Shown: positions 47,352 to 64,000 of the stretch, one piece after another
Layout of the letters: each line of letters opens with the position of its first letter
Position numbering within the stretch: position 1 is the stretch's first letter
DNA from: the human T2T-CHM13v2.0 reference genome, Homo sapiens
NCBI RefSeq assembly: GCF_009914755.1
Contig: NC_060925.1
DNA: 64,000 nt
Strand: one strand, 5' to 3'
Notes under the pieces: model-generated
What the model was told of the DNA's origin: nothing
Database searches by the model: none
Seen by the model: only the letters and a program-made list of their open reading frames with translations
Made by a program: the position numbers and the translations under genes

Positions 47352-48204
47352 ATGACTTCTTTCTTTTTTTTAAAGATCGTGGCTCATATTCGTTTTCTTA
47401 TTTCTGTAGTCTCTAAGAGTAATACAACAATGTGTATCACTTTCGTCATCAGGATGAAAAGGATTTAAAATAAATCTAATATTTCCAGATAGTGAAACAG
47501 AAATGTCATCAGTGTTTGTTTCCACGGAAGACCAAGAGGAGTCACGGTTTGACCAGCGCTAAGAGGGGATGTGGCAGGAAGAGTGGTTGTGCAAATGTGT
47601 CAGACTGGGCTGATGCCCTTTCACGATGACAACTGAGTGGGCCCCACGGACCCCCTGGCGGGCTCTGGGGGTGGGGGTTGGGGGGTTGCCTGGGACTCAT
47701 GGGGCCTCCTGCTTTGGCCCTGGCGCCTAGGAAAGGCTAGACAGGGAGGGGAGCCTTGGCGTGAGCTGCCCTCACACTGACTTAAAAGCATTAACTCTTG
47801 CCTGGCCACACAAGGCAGGACCTGGCACTCCTCAGAGTGGAGGGTGAGGAGGGTTTTCTGTCTTAGCCCTCAGCCTGTGTGGGGTATGAGGTCCCCCACC
47901 CTCATGCGAACAACCTCTCCCCACCCTCCAGCCCTATTGAAGGAGTCTGAAGTCACTCAACCATCCTTGTGAGGTTTTGGTTCTGGCCTGTTCCATGAGG
48001 GTGGGGTAGGGTGGGGAAAGAAGGGGGAATAAAATGTAGTGGGGAGGGGTGGAAGGAAGCCTGTGTGCAGGTACAGCCGTGGCTCAGAGGCAGGTGGGGT
48101 GAGGGCAGTGGGGCTTGAATAGGGCGCTGTCGAAAGCAGAGGGAGTGGCCCCTTCAGCCCCTGCTGTTTCTCAGGCTTGCCCGGCTCCTCTTTTCTTGGC
48201 TGGT

Positions 48205-48410
48205 GGTGGGGTGTGTGTGGGGGGGAGGGAAGCTGAGTGTGATGTGTGTGTGAGTGTAATGTGAGTGTGATGTGTGTGTGGGTGTATGTGTGGGGGGCCA
48301 GGTGTGTGTGTGTTTGTGAAGGGCTGAGCGTGATGTGTGTATCTGTGAGTGTGATGTGTGTGTGTGGAGGGCCAGGTGTGGTGTGTGTGTGTGTGTGCAC
48401 ATATGTGTGC
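48205..48410 (+). repeat. Degenerate (TG)n-rich repeat
   Basis: GTGATGTGTGTG and GGGCCAGGTGTG subunits repeated. Confidence 0.9.
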
Positions 48411-51400
48411 AGGCAGGCAGGGGCCTGTGCTCTGGAGACCCTGGCCAGGCTCCTCCAACCCATGGGAACCAGGCAGGGCCTCCGAGAACTCCAGGGAGAC
48501 AGTGAGGACATTAGACGGATGTCAAGAAGGAAGGGAGAGTAGAATGGAAGAAAAAGGAAGAGTCAGAACAGCCAGCTTCTGGTGCCCCAAGCAGGTTGGG
48601 GTTTCAATCCCAGTATACCTGGGGAGGAGCAGTAGTGGGCTATCACCCCCTTCCCTCCTTTTGCTGTCAACTTTGTTTCCGGGGCAGTCATGGAACCCCA
48701 GCCATCCCCCTCGCCCGGGAGCACTTAATATGGGAGTGTCTGGCCAGGGCAAGGGGCTGAGGAAGAGAAAGGAGAGGTAGAGAAAGACCCAATGGTGGGC
48801 TCCCTAACTGGGGCTTGTGGGGCAGGGAGAGGAGGCCTCTCCTCCCTATCCAGTAAACTCCTAGGGACCAGAACAGGAAACAGGGTCAGAGAATAGAGAA
48901 AGGGGACCTGTGTCAAATCTTGACTTGGGTAGAGGTGGGTAGCAAGAGGGCTTTCTGTTTGATATCTGAGTAGACAAGGGATGGACTTGACTGCTCTCGG
49001 CCAGAGAATCCTTGAAATGGGTGTACAAGTCTAGGTGAATGGGCCTTTCTTAGAGTTGTGCAGTGCACAGTCTGTACAACTGTACACGATAGCCTGTTGG
49101 AACTGGCTGAAAGCATCAGGGACCTTTGGTTTTCATAATGTAAATTCCCCTTCTCTTCTACTGGGTTCACCTGACCTTAGATCCGTACTTCTCACCATGG
49201 TGGCACCCTCCATTTGGGGCTCATTTTGGCTATCTGTGTTACCCTTTTCTGGGCACTGATTAACTTGAAGTTTGGAGAACCAGAATTGTGTGTGTAGTGG
49301 GGAAGGGGGTTGTGTGTGAGTGTTGGTGTGTTTGGCAGTTTAGAGAGGGTCTGTTGGACTGTTGACACCCTTTATTGAGCCTGAGTCCTCTTGGGCCAAT
49401 TGGCCACAGGTGTAAGGAACCTCCTGATTCCTGAGTCAGGACTGATGGGGTTTAGGAGCTCTCAGATGGGGCAGGTAAGACTGAAAGGAGGCACGTGGGG
49501 AAGAGAGGAAGTTTCTGCCTCACCTGACAGCAACCCCTGCCCCAGGCCCTTCTGCTTTTCCTCAACCCACAGGGTCTTCTTTATATCCCTGCCTTCCTCT
49601 CTCTATCTCCCATCATCTAAACTCATCCATTCCTTGCCCTTCGGGATCCGTGCTCCTTGATCTCTAAGGAGATAGCTTGGATAGTCAGCTTTACCAATCT
49701 AGGTGTGTGGACAGATTAACAGGTAACTCCAGAAGCACATTGGCCTTTTAAGCAGCCGCGGGGCCTTACTAATCCAAGAGGTGATTGAAAAGCAAGAACT
49801 TGAGGTGGAGATGGAGTGGATGTTGGGGACTGCGGGGGCCTTCTCTGGTCCTCCGTCCCTGAGGCAGGTATGTAGGGAGCACCTGCCTTGTGGCTATGCC
49901 GGGCCACCCTGGGCTGGGGCTGAAAGACCATGAAGCCAGCATAGCCCTGACACAACTTGGAGAAAGTGAAGTAAGTAACTGATACCAGTACTGACAAAGT
50001 GAGGGGAGGGAGGGACAGGGCAGGATGTTTCGGGAGCACCCACGAAAAGTTCCCTGAAAGACATAACATAAAGATCTGGAGGGTGGGGAGGAGAACAGGT
50101 TAGAGGGAAGAGGAGGTCATAAGGGTAGGTCCCCTCCACATCTCCCAGGGGCCCCACCTGGGCCTCTAAGGGCATGTCAGATGGTCCTATTCCTCACTAA
50201 GGACCCAGGCACACTATGACTTTGCGGGAAGAGTGAGTGCTGGGCATTTGAAGACAAGGTGGCCAGGGGCTCCCAGAGCTCAGGGGCCTTATTCAGCTAC
50301 AAGTCGTGTGTGCAAGCACGGGGCAGCATGGGTTTTGGTGTGCACTACCATACGTGGGGGCCCTGCCTGTGGTGTGGTGCTGTGGGTTCAAGCAGGACTT
50401 GGGCACTCTGTGGTGTGTGGCCCAAGCTGCCAGGGGATTGAAACCCCAAGCCTCTCCCAGGCAGCTGTGGGGGGTGCAGGATTGCTAGGGCCAACTGCAA
50501 ATTAGCCAGGCTGGCATTAAATGCCTTTGCTGCCTCTCTCCTCCTGTCCCTCCCTACCCTCCTGAAAATCAACAACTGTGTCAACAGCAGGGTGATTGTG
50601 CTTGGCCAGCAGCCTCCAGGGCTGCCAGGACCAGGCAGGTGCTGGCAGGGGCTGCTGGAGCCCCATGCTGGGAGCAGGCTGGGCCTAGCTGCCAGGGCTG
50701 CAGGATAAACAAGGCCGCACACAGGCTCAGCCGGGAGGGAGGCCACAGGCAGGCAGGAGGCGAGAACAGGTGTCTCAGGAGCTCTGTAGACACAAAGGGC
50801 CTCTTGTCTCCTCCTCCCTGGCCTCAGGGAGCCAGCCCCTTCCTCCCTCCTCTCAGGCCCCGCCCAGAGATCAGTGACCAGGTCAGCCAGGGGATGCTGT
50901 CTTCCAGATTCACCCCCTTGCCTCTCAGGGTTTGTTGTTCTTGCTTGAGACAGAGGTGAGACTAGACCATGTGGGGGTGAGGTGCATTAGCCTGAGAGGT
51001 AGGAAATCTGCCTCTGAGCGAATCCACCAGCCCTGAGGTCTCTGTGTGTTTCAGTTTCCCTGCTGGAAAGACAGCAAGATCTCTCCCACTGGGACACCCA
51101 AACATGAAATGGATGGGAGATGGGAAAAGCATCTGGAGATTTGGGGAAGAAAGACGTGGTGAATGTCAGGAGTGATGGAAGCTAAGATGAGACTTAAGGG
51201 ATTCCAGGTGGGATTTAGGGCAGGAGGTGGCCAGGGTGTGGCAACCCTCCTTCCTCCTTACCTATTTCTAAAGCAGACCTTTACAGAGCACCTACTGTGT
51301 GCCAGCCACTGCACTAGGGACTGGGGAGGACATGGAGAATAATATAGTACCAGCACAGACAGACAGGCAGCTTCTGGAGCCAGACTGTCTGTGTGATCTT

Positions 51401-51834
51401 GGGTAAGTAATCTAGCCTAACCATAGAGATGATAACAATTGTACCTGCCACAGGCTCATGGGGCTATTGTGATGGTGAAATGTAAAGATGTAAAGTATAG
51501 AGAAAGGATGTAAAACTGCCCGACATATAGTAAGGGCCATTTAAAAGATGCCTGTTATTGTCCCTCTTCTTGAGAGCATATTAAGGGCTCAAATCTAGCC
51601 AGAGTCTGGCGGGTACAGAGGTAAACAAATAATGGCAGGTTGGTTAAGTACTGGACACCAGTGATGTCCAAGGTCTCTAGGATGCCCTGGAGAAATAATG
51701 AACTCTTCTAAGATTGTTTGGAAGGGATTTATAAAGGACATCTAGGCTGGGTTTTGAGTGAGGTATGGGAGTTCGCTGGTCAAGAATGTAGGAATTACAA
51801 AAGCAGAAAGTGCATGTTTAAAAAAAAAAAAAGA

Positions 51835-53361
<1,527 letters not shown>

Positions 53362-56300
53362 TTTCTCCTTCCTTCCATGACTTCTGCAGAGGCAAAAGGG
53401 CCAGGCTGCCCATCACCTGGGTAGATAAGTCAGGCTGGGAGGCCTAGGACTGCTCGCCTTATACAGAGGGGTCAGGTGCCTGCCTTCCCAGGGGCACCAG
53501 CTGGACCCTGCTGACTCCATGGTGGCTGCAGCTATCTGTTCCAGGACCTTCCTGTAGCTTCCCAGGGCCTGCTCCCTGTGCATGAGGCAGTAGGCCCCCC
53601 TGTCCCACCTTTTCTTATGGGAGCACCCTGACATCTCCCCTTTCTGTCTGTGCTGGTGTTTCCGGGAGGTGCTGGGACCACCAGTGCTAAGGCCCTGGTC
53701 TAGCTTCTACTGCTAATGGCTTGTATGCCCTCAGGGCTGTCACTTAGCCACTTGGAGCCTTACTTCCTCCATCTGCAACTTGGGAAGGAGCATTTTGAGT
53801 TCTCTTGCTATAAAGTAAGAATTCTGGTTTGCTGGAAATAGAGTTAGATGAGGATGATGACAACCACACTGGCAGTTTTTGCTGCAGTTTCAAAGCCCGG
53901 ATGTGGAGTCAGACACTTTGCCACAGCCCCGCACAGGATGCTTCTGTGAGGCTTGTCTCAGGTACCTCATAAAACCTTCTAGTTTGGAAGGGCAGGGAGC
54001 ATCTACTCCTCAGATTTGGCAGATGAGGATATTGGAAATTGTCTAGGTAGTGGGGCTTCCAGAGTCCCACCTGGCTGTGGATCTGCAGGGATGAGGCTGG
54101 TCTATGCGGTATGTCTGACTCTGTTCAGAACAAGTGACAGCCCACACTGGGATCTTGCTTTAGAGTCCCTTGGCCTCCTGCCCTGGCATCTTGCCATTGG
54201 TTTTGGGGAAATGGTGATGGGAAGGGCCCATTGGGTCTCCAGACAGTCACAGGGAACCATCCTGAGACTGGATCTGGAAGGATGTGTGCTTGTAGGGCCC
54301 TCATTTACCTTCTCCTCCCTCACTTCCCACCTTGGCTGTGGACGTAGCCCTGTTTTCTCTTCCCCTGTGGTCATGTTTCTCAGATAGCCACAAAGTGGGC
54401 TGAGACCAAGGAGAGGCATTGGTGCAAAGGGGATGCTGGTCGATTCGGCTGGGGACACTACTCTGGGTTCTCCTAGCCAGGTGGTCAGATGACTCCCTAC
54501 GTAGCCTTGGAAACTGCCCAAATAAGAAAGAGAGCGAGGCAGAAAGAGCAGCAGGGACACTCGGATTTTTCCAGGGGCTTTGTCCATATTTACATGGCAT
54601 TTGCATATAACCAGTACACTAAACATAATTTTATAATCTATCCCCAGGCACATTCAGATTTGCCTTTTACTCTTGTTCTTTCCAGAGATGGCTGGTTCTG
54701 CCTTTTTGCACCTGTCTGTGCCTTCTCACTCCTGTCCCGTTACCCCCACTCCCAGACTGGGGGTAGGTGACTGGGAACAGAGTCAGTGTGGGGTAGGGGT
54801 CATTCCTGCTGTTGAACTGATCTGATAAGATGAGATCAGACCTGACCTCTCTGGGCTTAGCACAGACGGCTGGATGCACAGGCCCAGCCTCCCCTCTGCA
54901 TCCCACCCCAGCGGCCACCACCTCGCCTCGTCAGGGATCAGGACACCATGCCTGGCACTCAGCAGGTACCCATTAAATGTGAAGTGAAAGCTCAATTAGA
55001 GTTCGGACAAATACATACTGTGCAGGCTCCTCGGGACCTGGCTTTTGAGCTCATGAAGGGAGATGCTGGTGGGTTGAGGGGAGCCTCCAGTGGTCCAGAG
55101 GGTGGGAGGAATCAATTTCCCTCTCAGCGATTGTGACCAGGGAGGCATTTCTTTCTCTGCTTGGCCTTGCAGGAAACAGTGTTGAGAATGAGAGGAGCAG
55201 AAAGGAAGAGCTAGGCCTTGTATTAATTTGTTTTTCAGATTGAGTCTCTGTTACTAGCAATTTATTACATCCGGGTCTCCAGCCAAGCACATTCTGTTCT
55301 CCAGTGTTGGGGGAAGATGCATGGGGGGTGGGGAAGAGGCTGGACAGGAAAGAGGAGCAGATCAACAATTTTATGACTGAGTGTGTGGTGTCTTGGCGTG
55401 CGCTAGAGGACGGTTTTAGCACAGGGCATTTTGAGCCCAGCCCCGTGTGGGGAGGCACTCCTCTGGACGGCATGGCATTCCCATGCGAGCCCAGACAGCC
55501 CTGGGGAGCAGGATGAATGGGCTTCCCTCCCACTCTCATGCCCGCCGGCCTCAGGGTCCAGATTTCTCTCTGTGAAATGAGGTCAGGACAGTGATGCCTG
55601 GAACAAAATCATAGTTTCTTGAGGCAGCGGGGCCTGGGGAGATCCCTCCGAGGAACAGGGGAGCAGCTGTGTGAGGGGACCCCGGAAGAGGGGTAGCAGG
55701 CAAGGCGGCCACCCTGTGGAAAGAATGGTGCACAAGCAAAACAACCCCCTCTCTGCAGAAGTGCTGAGCTGGTGGAATTTCACTTGGCGGCTGTGAGATC
55801 AGGGCAGTAGATAGAGCCCTGCGGGCACCAGGGCTGTGTGGGTGCAGGGGGTCCCGGAAGAGAGGGCAGGGGCAGCACCTGTGGCACCCTCTCCCCTGAG
55901 CTGGCCTCCACATTGCCCAGGGCTCATCACTGGTCCCCATTCCTGGAGGTGCGTCCCTTATCTCTATCCACCTGTCACGTAAGTTGGTCTCATTCTTCCC
56001 ATTTTCCCTCATTCTCTTCCCAACTGTGGCTTTGACTAGAAGTAGCTACATCATCTAGTCTTCAAGGGGCCAGCATTGCGTAGAGGGCCATGGTGCCAGA
56101 GGGCAGGGAACTCTGGTAGGAGGAACTCTCTCCGACCAGGATGGTGGTGGCTGAAGCCCCCGGGGCCTCTGCCTTATGGCTGGGCCTCTGGTGGGAGCCC
56201 AGGCTGCTTAGGGGAGAGTGAACCCTTCGGTAGTGGTTTTTTGCATCCCAGCCACATCTTCAAGCTGGGTGCCATTGGATGGTTGTTGAAGGGCAGATTC

Positions 56301-56527
56301 ACTGGAAGGATAAGAAGCTCTGGTGGGACTCTGGGTAGAGCCAGCACAGAGAATGTGTGTGTTGGGCAGTCGGGGAGAGAGGGTGTTAGGCAGGGAGAGC
56401 ATGGGCCTGGTTTCCAGCTGTGAGGTTTGAACTATTATTATCCTCCACACTGAGCTGATGGCCACTTAACCCTGAGGCTGGTTACTTGTTCTCTGTTCTC
56501 TGGGTTGACTGCCTCCTCCCTGACTAG

Positions 56528-58622
<2,095 letters not shown>

Positions 58623-61600
58623 TCAGAACTTTCTTAAACCCTAGTTTTCTCACCTACAAAGTGGGAAAAGAATAACACCTACTTTGAGAGATTAAAAGGA
58701 TTTAATGAAGTGATGTATATATTATGGCCCTTAGTATAGGACCTGGAGTATAGAAGGCTTTGGTAAGTGGGAGCTGATATTAGTGTGATGGCTGCTGTGG
58801 AGGTGGTTGTTGAAGTCTGTCCTGGGGTGGGGACAGTCCAGCATTCCTGGGCCTACTTGGATTTAGGGGGCTGCTCCTCCTAGGGTCATGGGCATGGCCT
58901 TTATGGGGTATGGGAAAGGAGGGGAATCAGCTTCCCGGTGTGTGGTGGGGACAGGCACTGTCTCCTATAACACCTCCTTTGGTTGCTACGTGCAGATTTG
59001 CTGTGCAGCACGGGTCAAGTTACTTAGCCTCTCTGTGTTTCCGCTTCCTAACTGTGAAATGCCATTAATCACAATGCTCTCACTTGAGAAGAGAGAACAT
59101 TAGAAGGGTCACATGAGAAGAGTCTAGAATAGTGCGTGGGAATCTTATCCAGGTGTTGGCTATTTGTTGCTGTGATTATTCTGTTTTTGGAGTGACCCCC
59201 GTTCAGTCAAAGAAGCAAGGGTGAGAGCTGCTGTCCCAAGTGTATCAGCATAGGGACGTGGGGACGTGGGGGAGGTGGACTGGGGCATGGACCTCGCTAT
59301 GCTGGCCCCAGGGAGCAGCCTAGAGAAGGAAAGAAACTGTTTCTCGAATGCTAGCTGTAGGTAGGGCGTTCCCAGGTGTGACTGAAATGACAGTCTGGCT
59401 CAGAGCACACTGCCTTTTCTTCCCACCTTAACTGGTTACTAAGGGGACAGTTCTACACTACACAGGATTGATTTCTGTGAAATCTATGGAATTTACATAT
59501 AGTTTTGAGGGGCTGCTTTGAGGCATGAAGCCACCGTATTCACAAAACCCAGCTGCGGGTGAATTGCAATTTATAATAATAAACAGCCTGTACCTGACCT
59601 TTGGACCCTGGGTGCTCAGGATGATGCCTGTGGGGCCTGACAGGAAGTGAAGGCGGTGGCATGGGTGTGGGGGGCCACCCCTCCCTCTGACCATGGTGGC
59701 GGGTGGCATCCAGGCCCAGAGAAGCCTTGTCACTGGCTGTCCCCTTGGCACCCAGCCCAGCAGGCGGAGAGGGTTAATTGGGATTTGGAGTGTCTGTGGA
59801 AAGTAGCCTCTTCTCAAATATCTTGTGCTATGGTTTGGAACTTTGGAATCAGGCATACCGAAAGTGGAATTCTGTCTTCAAGTAAGCCTCAGTTTCCTCA
59901 TCTGTACAATGAGTTTTGTCCCTGAAGAAAATCCACCTGTGAAGTGCTTAGCTTGTGATCACTCAGTAAATAGGCACTGTCATTATCTTTCTGATGAGGG
60001 GCTTCCGTATGTGACCTGCCCTGGGCTACAACTCGAACATGGAAATCAGAAGCTTAGCAACACTATTATTTCCACTGCATCAAAGGCCTGGGAGCCCTCC
60101 CCTGCCTATACTTTTGTCTCTCAGAGAAGAAGTAATAATTCACTCCATGTGCAAATGGAAAAACTGAGACCTGAAAGGTTGAGTGGTTTGTCCCAGGCCC
60201 CATAGTGAGTTAAAGGCATCAAAATCCCTTACACATGTATGGGGCTTTATAAACCATCAAGTGTGTAAAGGGTGTTGACATTTAGAAAATAACTGTGCCG
60301 AGTCTCCTAGGGATCTGGTACATGTATTTTGACTGCCAGTTTACGGATGGGAACGATGAGACTCAGAGAACTTAGATGAGCCCAAGATTGTACATTGAGT
60401 TTGTGGCAGAGTTGACGCTCAAACTCGAGCCCTCTGCTCTTTCCACCGCACACGCAGACCTCTCACCTGGGCCCTTCTAGACCCTCTCTGCAATTATTTT
60501 TTCCCCTCCATACAGGTAGATCTGTGAAGGTGGAGAGTCATGAGCCAGCAGGGACAGGGTTAAATTCTTCCTAAGCAACAGAGCTGGTTTTGAGCTGGGC
60601 ACCTTCAGTGACCCCATTGTTGACCCCCTTCCCTCGGGTCAGGACTGCAGGCAGTGGGGGAAGGGAAGCACTGCAGGGAGCTCTAATGGCCCAATGCGGG
60701 CAGAGAGAGGGCCAGGAAGGGATGCTCATCTGTCTCCCTCTTTGGACAGAGATGAACAAAGATGCCGGTGGCTTTTTCAGTCTCCATAGAAAATCCCCAA
60801 GGCTCCCTTGGGGCGGGCTGCCATCAGCTCTTCCTGCACTCTTAATCACACCGTGGAGCACGGGCAGCTCCTGTAGACACAGCAAACCCTGTGATGTGTT
60901 GTTGGTTAAGTGGGAACTGGGATAATTTTTGCCAGTAAAGCACCAAATCAGAAAATGGAAGCATCAAATGAACCTTAGGGCTAGTGGGATTTTGGGGCTT
61001 GCCTGTCATTCATTCATTGAAAAGGAAAAGGATGGCTTGGGTGGCCCACAGAAGCCAGCATCTGTGACCTCAAATGGATGAGTCCCTGCAAACTGGGAAG
61101 GCTGCCCAGTTCCTCTTCCTCTTCCCAAGTGGCCCCCGTCCTGCCACTCCCTTCTATGAGCGCAGACCTTCTGGTTTAGAGCTTCAGTCTGGACCATTGT
61201 GCTGTGTCCTCTCCAGGCGGGGAGGGCATCAGGAGTAAACCTCCTTCCACGGCCCTGAGCCGTACAGTAAGTCTCCCAGGGTTGTACGGCAAGGCAGGGG
61301 CAGAGCTGTTCTGTAAACAGGCGTCAGTTCAGTTGCCTTGAAACCGCCAACTCTAAGATGGACATCCGAGGGGAAAGGATTTCCAGGAAAGTCGAGGAAC
61401 TGATTTTAGGGGAAGACTAAATCTCTTTCTCTATCCCCATCTTCTTGTCGTCTGGGTCCCTTGAACTCCCTGCTGAGAAATCCTAAATACACCTTGTCTC
61501 TGGGTTGCGCATGGAAGCCTTTAATTGTTTCTAGAGGCAGTGAGGGAAGGCCTTCTAGTTGGTCGGGCAGGTCTGGCACTGTCTGGGTCTCGCTGCTTCT

Positions 61601-61794
61601 AGACACTTCAATTAGGGATGTTAATTATGGCCTTGTGAACACAGGCTCTCCCAAGGCAGCCGCTCTCCAGCCCTGCTGCCCCCATGTTGTCCCCTCGCCA
61701 GTCAGTGAGGCTATGTTTATGGTCTCGCCTCTGTCCATCTGCAGATTAAAGATGCCCTGAAAGCATAACTTATTAGCAGTTTTTTGTTCTCTCC

Positions 61795-63080
<1,286 letters not shown>

Positions 63081-63549
63081 TCTTTTAAGGGGGAAGTCAA
63101 GGCCTGAGAAACACTGATACGTGCCTCTGCATTGCAGAGCCCCTTGGGCCCAGGCTTTCTAGCCCCATCCTGGCTTCCATTCTCTGTCCTAAACCCCTTT
63201 GTCTCCAGTCCATCAAGAGAGGGCAGGGGCGAGGTCCACTGACTGTTAGGGGCCCTGCCTTCCCTCCTGTCACAGCAGCAGAGTGGCTGTGACCTGGCAG
63301 AGGTGTTGGGAGGGTGGATGTCCCTAGGGGTCAGGAGGAGGTTTCAGTAATGTGAAATTGGAAGAGTTGAATCATTTCAACCACGGGGCATGGGGATAAA
63401 GGAAATCATGATGCAGCCATAGAGTGGAAGATGTGCAGCCATTAAATATGGCTTTATGAATAATTTTTAATATCCAGTTTTTGGTAACATGAAAACTGCT
63501 GATGTGTACTATTAAGTGGGAGAAAATAAATATAAAAACTTGCTTATGA

Positions 63550-63874
<325 letters not shown>

Positions 63875-64000
63875 TTATGAATGAAAAACAAAACCACCTT
63901 CAGAAAAAAAGATTTGATAGAAATAGGCCAAATTGTTGTCAATGGCCACCTCCTGGATGGATGTGAAATGGGTGATTTTTAAAATTGTTTTCTTATTTTT

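Noticed and set aside
60218-60280. Imperfect hairpin TCAAAATCCCTTACACA...TGTGTAAAGGGTGTTGA as pre-miRNA
   Set aside because: Short imperfect stem between MIR fragments; no other support

Overview
Primate (very probably human) genomic DNA, very rich in Alus (~55 Alu/FLAM copies), with old L1, L2, MIR, MaLR/ERV LTR and DNA-transposon remnants. No protein-coding exon is supportable: the ORF track is almost entirely Alu, microsatellite, L1 or GC-rich chance ORFs. The main functional landmark is a CpG island (~39.2-41.7 kb) holding a + strand promoter, a ~600-nt GC-rich non-coding first exon and a GTAAGT donor at 39862, followed by a long first intron running off the window end. From memory this is SOX13 exon 1 (1q32.1), with the lncRNA LINC00303 upstream on the - strand; this is recall, not a search. 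The most unusual structure is a pair of interleaved, mostly non-transposon inverted repeats in the island, in the order A..B-A'..B'. About 240 nt of exon 1 is copied in antisense into intron 1, and that copy sits inside a second ~145-bp inverted repeat (crossing, pseudoknot-like topology). Other observations: an ATG-TGA start-stop uORF in exon 1, a Z-DNA tract, a 348-bp Alu-mediated tandem duplication, a perfect 58-bp duplication and LTR-borne octamer/SOX motifs. Repeat subfamily names are recognised by eye, and element boundaries are approximate unless target-site duplications (TSDs) are given.
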